DNA of 64,000 nucleotides from Macrostomum hystrix. Its lineage: Eukaryota; Animalia; Platyhelminthes. Location of the stretch: positions 15,438,001 through 15,502,000 of the forward strand of contig CATNEN010000001.1 in the NCBI GenBank assembly GCA_950097015.1, written 5' to 3'. The notes below the pieces were generated by a model. It did not search any database. It saw only the letters and a list, made by a program, of their open reading frames with translations, and was not told the DNA's origin. The position numbers were made by a program, and so were the translations under genes. Below, in pieces: positions 58,904 to 64,000 of this stretch. Position 1 is the stretch's first letter. Each line of letters starts with the position of its first letter.

Positions 58904-59181
58904 GATGCGCGGTGGCCCACCGGGGCAGGCGCCGCAACCAAGGGCTACGGGGGAGTGGGCGGCTGACCCCTCCCACGGCCCAGGGTGCGGTGTCGGCACC
59001 GGTTGAGGGTGACTCTGGGCCTGGGCTCAGGGCCGGGGGTGGGGACTGGGCGGCTGACCCCGTCGAGTTCCCGCCTCTGGCTCGGGGCCGGGGCACGGAG
59101 GAGCCCATGGCTACCGACATCGACCCGGAGGAGGAGGACCGCCTTCTGGCTGAGTCCCCCTCCAAGTAGACCTCTGCCTGC

Positions 59182-62100
59182 ATGATGATCCCCGGAATAT
59201 CATGTCTGCAAGTTAACACCCAGCACTGCGTGGCAGCATCAGTCAATCTGATGCACACGACAGAGCGCACGATGCCGGGCCTTGTACTTGTGCAGGAGCC
59301 CTGGTTATCAAAAAACAAGCCAAGTAACATTCCTGCTGGCTATGACTGCTTCTGCATGGCAGACTCTGTCCGCCCTAGATCACTGATCTATGCTGCAAAA
59401 GCCTTAAATGCGTGGATGAGACCCGATCTCTCTAACGGGGACATCTGCGTCATCCAATCTGCACACATTGTGCCCAACAAGTTGACCCTCGTGGCATCCG
59501 CCTACCTGGCAGGCGACGCCCCCGTTGTCAGCGATACCCTCGTCGCCCTCTGTGATTTCGCCAGGGCACGAAATTTTGAGCTGCTCCTCGCGGGAGATGC
59601 AAACTCGCATCACACCCACTGGGGTAGCTCAAAAATCAATGACCGCGGCGAAGAGCTCCTGGCCTTCGTTAGCGGCACGCCTCTTAACTTCTGCAATGTG
59701 GGCAACACGCCCACGTTCGACAATGGGCGGTGGGCTGAGGTGCTTGACGTCACCCTGGCCTCACCCGGCATCCTCCCAAAGGTGCTGGGGTGGGAGGTGT
59801 GGGAGACCGAAAGCTCGCTCTCGGACCACCGCTTCATTCGCTTCAACATCGGTACCCCCGATAAGAAGCAAAAGCCTATCTGGAGGCGTAATGTCAGAAA
59901 CACCGACTGGCCCGTGTTCAGCCAAAAGCTGCATGAGGGCCTTCGGGATTCCGACCCCTCCATGGCCATGGCAACCACGCAGGACCTAGATGGAGTGGCT
60001 GCCCTGCTGGGCGGCGCCATCACAGAAGCCTACGAAATGGCTTGCCCGCTCAAAGCCTACAAAGGCAAAGTCCTGAGACGCCGAGCTAAGGCTCTCCAGA
60101 GGAGGTTGAAAATCTCGCACGACCCTGATGACAAAGAGGCCTATACTCGCGCCATCCATGAGTTTAAGGGCCGGGTCAGAAGGGCAAAAGCGGACAAGTG
60201 GCGACAATACTGCGAAGGGCTTGAGGGCTCGCGGCCCACGGCCCGCGTGGTAAAGGCGCTCACCAACGACCGCTTCTCCAAGCTCTCATCGATCAAAAAG
60301 CCAGACGGCTCGATCACGGAGCGCCCGGAGGAAACGCTCGAGCTTATGCTAGGGCATTTCTTCCCGAGTGTACCGGCGCACTTTGGCCCAGACGACCACT
60401 CACGTGGAGGTCAGGGCCTGGCTCAGTCACTCGTCACGAATGACCGCATCGTTCGCGCGGCAGTCATTCAACCCTTTCAAAGCACCTGGGCCAGATGGTA
60501 TTTATCCGGCCTTTTTGCATGAAGCGGTCAAAAATGGCCGCTTCCTCCATCTCCTCTGCAGACTTCTACGGGCCTGCATCGTGCTGGGCTATGTACCAGC
60601 GCTGTGGCACGAAGCCCGGGTCGTCTTCATCCCGAAGCCCGCCAAAGGCGACTATCGCTCGGTCAAATCCTATCGCCCGATAAGTTTGACTTCCACCTGC
60701 CTCAAGCTCATGGAAAGACTGGTGCTTTGGCGCCTTCTTACTGTAGAGCTAGGGCGGGCCCCGCTCTCCCCAAACCAGCACGCCTTTCGGGCGGGCCGGT
60801 CCACGGAGAGCGCCCTCCACTGCATCGTGGAGACTCTCGAGAAGGCAGTGCTGGGCAGCGGTTTTGCCCTGGCTGTCTTCCTAGACATTGAGGGGGCCTT
60901 CGATAACGTTGTTTTCGAAGCTTTTGAGGAGGCCCTGGTCTCCAGGGCCACTCACCCCCACCTCGTTCGCTGGGTCATGTACATGATCCGGAATCGCCAC
61001 GTGGTGGCCCACCTCGAAGGAAGGCTGCTCTCGGCACCTGTCCTAAAAGGAGGGCCCCAAGGCGGCGTCCTCACCCCACTGCTGTGGAATCTCGTCATGG
61101 ATGAGCTGCTGAAAAGCACTCGTCCAGACCCAGTCCTGAAGGTGGGATATGCCGACGATGTGACCGCCATCTGCGCGGGCCCCTCGGCGGAAACCACCAG
61201 AGACCTCATCCAGGGCTTTATCAACAGGGCGGTGCGCTGGGCGGACCAATGCGGGCTCCGACTCTCTGAGTCCAAGACCGTTGCGGTTATGTTTACCAGC
61301 AAACTGCTCTGGACCATTAAGCCTCTGACTCTCTATGGCAAAAATATTGCCATGGAAAAGCAGGTCCGGTGCCTTGGTCTCGTGCTAGACCATAGGCTTA
61401 ACTGGACCCCACACATCACCACAAAGGCCAAGAGGGCCCTGGCCATACTGGCGCAAGTCAGGCGTGCCGTGGGCACCACCTGGGGGCTAACCCCCAAGAA
61501 CCTTTGGTGGATTTACACGGCGATCATTAGACCGTCCGTCGCTTACGCTGGCCTCATCTGGGCCAGCGCCATGGGCATCCAGAAAAACCTGGAGGCGCTT
61601 TATAGGGTGCAGGGCAGAGCCTGTCGTATGACGCTGGGCGCCACACCCTCCACTCCCTTCGAAGGCATGAATGCTTTCCTCAACGCTACACCCATTGACA
61701 TTTTCGTCAAGGGGGAAGCAGCAAAGTCCACCCGTCGTCTTCTTGATGCGGGTGTCTCCTTCCAGAATTCGCGAGCCTTCTCGAAGCGCTCCCTTCTGCC
61801 TCACTCTGACCTCTGCCTGAAAACTCTGGGCGAGTGCGGAGGGCTCACCATCCTTTCGGACGGGGCCCCGGCCACTTTACTCCGGAGCCACAGGTACAAA
61901 GTCAGCATCTCCCCTCGTAATGAGGTAAAGGACTGCTGGGATGACCCGGCAGTCCACTGTTACACTGACGGCTCTCTGATGAACGGTAAATCGGGATTCG
62001 GAGTGTGCGTCGCCTCGGGTGGTGAGGTCCTCTGGACCCACTCCCAATACTGTGGCAAGAGCTCTAGCGTTTTCCAAAACGAAGTGCTCGCCATCAGCTT

Positions 62101-62820
62101 CTGTGCGGCTGAGCTGCGCCAGAGGCAGCTGGCTGGTCGGAGGATCTTTTTTCACTCCGACAGTCAAGCAGCCCTCAAGGCCCTCAGCCGCTGCACCTCT
62201 CGCTCCAGAACCACCTTGGACTGCAACACCCAGTTAAACGGGTTGGCGCAGTCTAACAAGGTGGAGCTGCTGTGGATCCCTGGGCATGCCGGGTTCACAG
62301 GGAATGAGATGGCGGACCAGCTTGCTAAGGCTGGAGCAGCCAGCTCCCTGATGGGCCCGGGCCCGGAGTCCCCGATCCCCATCTCAGTTGTCAACTCCAG
62401 CATCAACTGCTGGATGGAGACCCAGCACCGGAGGAGGTGGTCCAGCACCCTGAACTGTCGCCAGTCCAGGGCTGCGGTGCCAACCCCCTCTAGTAACCTG
62501 CGTAAGGCCTTACTCAGGCTTAACCGCAGAGACCTAAGAGCAGTCACTATGGCTCTTTCGGGACATGGCTGCTTCACCAGACACCGCTACCTTCAAGGCC
62601 ACGTGCCTGAGGAAACGTGTCCCTTCTGCTGCTCCGGACGCGAAAATGCAGAGCATTTCATCTGCCACTGCCCGGCCTTCACCCGGGCCAGGCTAAAACA
62701 TCTCGGGCCGGCACCGACTCTCGCCGAAGCCTGCTCGCCCGAGAACATCCCACAGCTCGCCCACTTCCTCCGGGATACCGGCCGAGCTGATTTCTTCCCA
62801 GCCTATGGCGAGGAAGATCG
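59182..62820 (+). pseudogene. LINE ORF2: APE - RT - RNase H - CCHC (one frameshift near 60465, small in-frame deletion)
   Basis: LQVN/VQEPW/GDANSHH/SDH, then [26 protein letters not shown], then YTDGS/NEVLAI/SDSQAA/GNEMAD and CPFC..H..C. It lacks the PWWN segment present in the sister copy. Confidence 0.93.
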
Positions 62821-62978
62821 CGCGGCGGAATCGACCGACGGACCACCCTGGGCGGCACCGCCTCGCTGGAGGCTGTCTGGCTGCCAGGGGTTAGCGATAT
62901 GGGCGGCATCAGCCGCCTCCTCGCTGCGTCCGTCATGGAGGCTCCCTGCCGCTAAGTCAAGTAAGTCAGCCGCTGGGC

Positions 62979-64000
62979 CTCCTGAGGGCCGGCGACATCG
63001 AGACCAACCCAGGGCCGACCCCAATCTGCGGCCGAATGGAGTGCGGCAAGCACCTGCGCGGTCGAGCCCTGAAGTGCCAGCAGTGCTCGCAGAGCTTCCA
63101 TCTCAAGCGGGACTGCTCGGGCCTCAGCCGCTGGGCGGCTAACAAGGTGGACGAATCCACGGCCTGGAAGTGCCCAGCCTGCTCCCGGCCGGCTTCTGCC
63201 ACGGGAACCACGCTGGGTGATGTGAAAACTAGCCTCATCAGCTCACCAGCTTCTCCAGCCACTCCCGCCTCGTCCTCCACCAATGCCGACCCCATCCTGC
63301 GGCTTGAGGCTCTCCGACGCCGCATCAGAGAAGATAAGCCCAACTGTGCCCACTGTCGCAAGCCCGTTTGCATCTCCATCGTGATTGCTTGCTGCATCAG
63401 CTGTGACCTGCTATTCCACAACGCCTGCACCAAAGCCTCCAGAGAACAAATTCAAAAGGACGTCCGTAGGGGCCTCTGGCGTTGCCAAGAGTGCACCAAG
63501 GCCCTGACTCGTCCCCTTCCTGTCTCGCCCAGCGAGCCTGACCCCTCTTCCAGCGACTCCGAAGGCAAGCAGTTTCCCAGAACCGGCTGGTCCCGGATAA
63601 AAGGAGAGCTCAAGATCCTTCAATGGAATGCTGATGGCCTGGGGAACAAGCTTGGAGAGCTCGAAGACCTGGCCCACCGAACCTCGGCGGACATCATCGC
63701 TATCCAGGAAACCAAGCTCACCTCCTTCAGCAAGACTCCCAAGATCCCAGGTTTCTCCACCATTCGTAAAGACAGGCGGGTTGCCAGACTGGACCCGAAG
63801 GTCAAGGGTCCCATCCTCTTCGTCCGTGAAGACATCCCCTTCCGCAAGCTTAAAGGGTGGTCTGGCGGCACCACCGAAGGCCTCCGTGTGGTCATCAATA
63901 CCAGCCACCACCGGAAGATTCTCATTACCAACATCTACCGGCCTCCCATTCGCAAAATTGAAGGCGAAGACCACCGTGAACACCCCAGCGTCGACTCGTG
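62979..64000 (+). CDS. 2A - PHD - PHD - AP endonuclease polyprotein of a non-LTR retrotransposon (runs off window)
   Basis: Open frame missing from the track because it has no stop in the window. [13 protein letters not shown], then two C4HC3 fingers (CGRMEC..CQQC..H..C..WKCPAC and CAHC..CISC..HNAC..WRCQEC), then [11 protein letters not shown]...[10 protein letters not shown]...ITNIYRPP. Confidence 0.9.

Larger units (their letters stand above)
56622..62965 (+). mobile_element. Full-length LOA/Lian-like non-LTR retrotransposon nested in the 2A element
   Basis: 13-bp TSD tcagccgctgggc (56609-56621 / 62966-62978). It has the same 5' end (gctcgcaccggcgggacac) and 3' tail (taagtcaagtaag) as 36020-41486. 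Confidence 0.95.

Noticed and set aside
62820-63142. LINE ORF2 reading through its tail into the downstream 2A region as a fusion
   Set aside because: The read-through frame is not the 2A-PHD frame and it stops at 63142.

Overview
Eukaryotic (invertebrate metazoan) genomic DNA. The style is reminiscent of a repeat-rich free-living flatworm such as Macrostomum, but that is inference only. The backbone is a tandem segmental duplication of ~20-25 kb units. Each unit carries one intronless ~2.95 kb M1 (aminopeptidase N-like) gene (ATGs at 6233, 31231, 51737). The first two units also carry a 23-bp minisatellite, a frameshifted calmodulin-like remnant and an opposite-strand M1 C-terminal fragment. 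The three M1 paralogues are nearly identical except in short hypervariable patches around the catalytic motifs and in the C-terminal domain. They are mosaics of one another, and the third has lost catalytic residues (GAMEN>GATES, HELAH>HQLTH) while keeping a full ORF and its Zn ligands. Many transposons are inserted, several confirmed by empty sites in the paralogous units: a Gypsy with a -1 slippery site/pseudoknot and an extra ORF; an RT-less BEL/Pao with inversions at both priming sites; two LOA-like APE-RT-RNaseH LINEs with 13-bp TSDs; a 2A-PHD-PHD-APE LINE; a long-TIR mariner; a piggyBac remnant; solo LTRs; and a tRNA-headed SINE whose structured 3' tail matches the 3' ends of the two LOA-like LINEs. 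No rRNA, intact tRNA or CRISPR array was seen.
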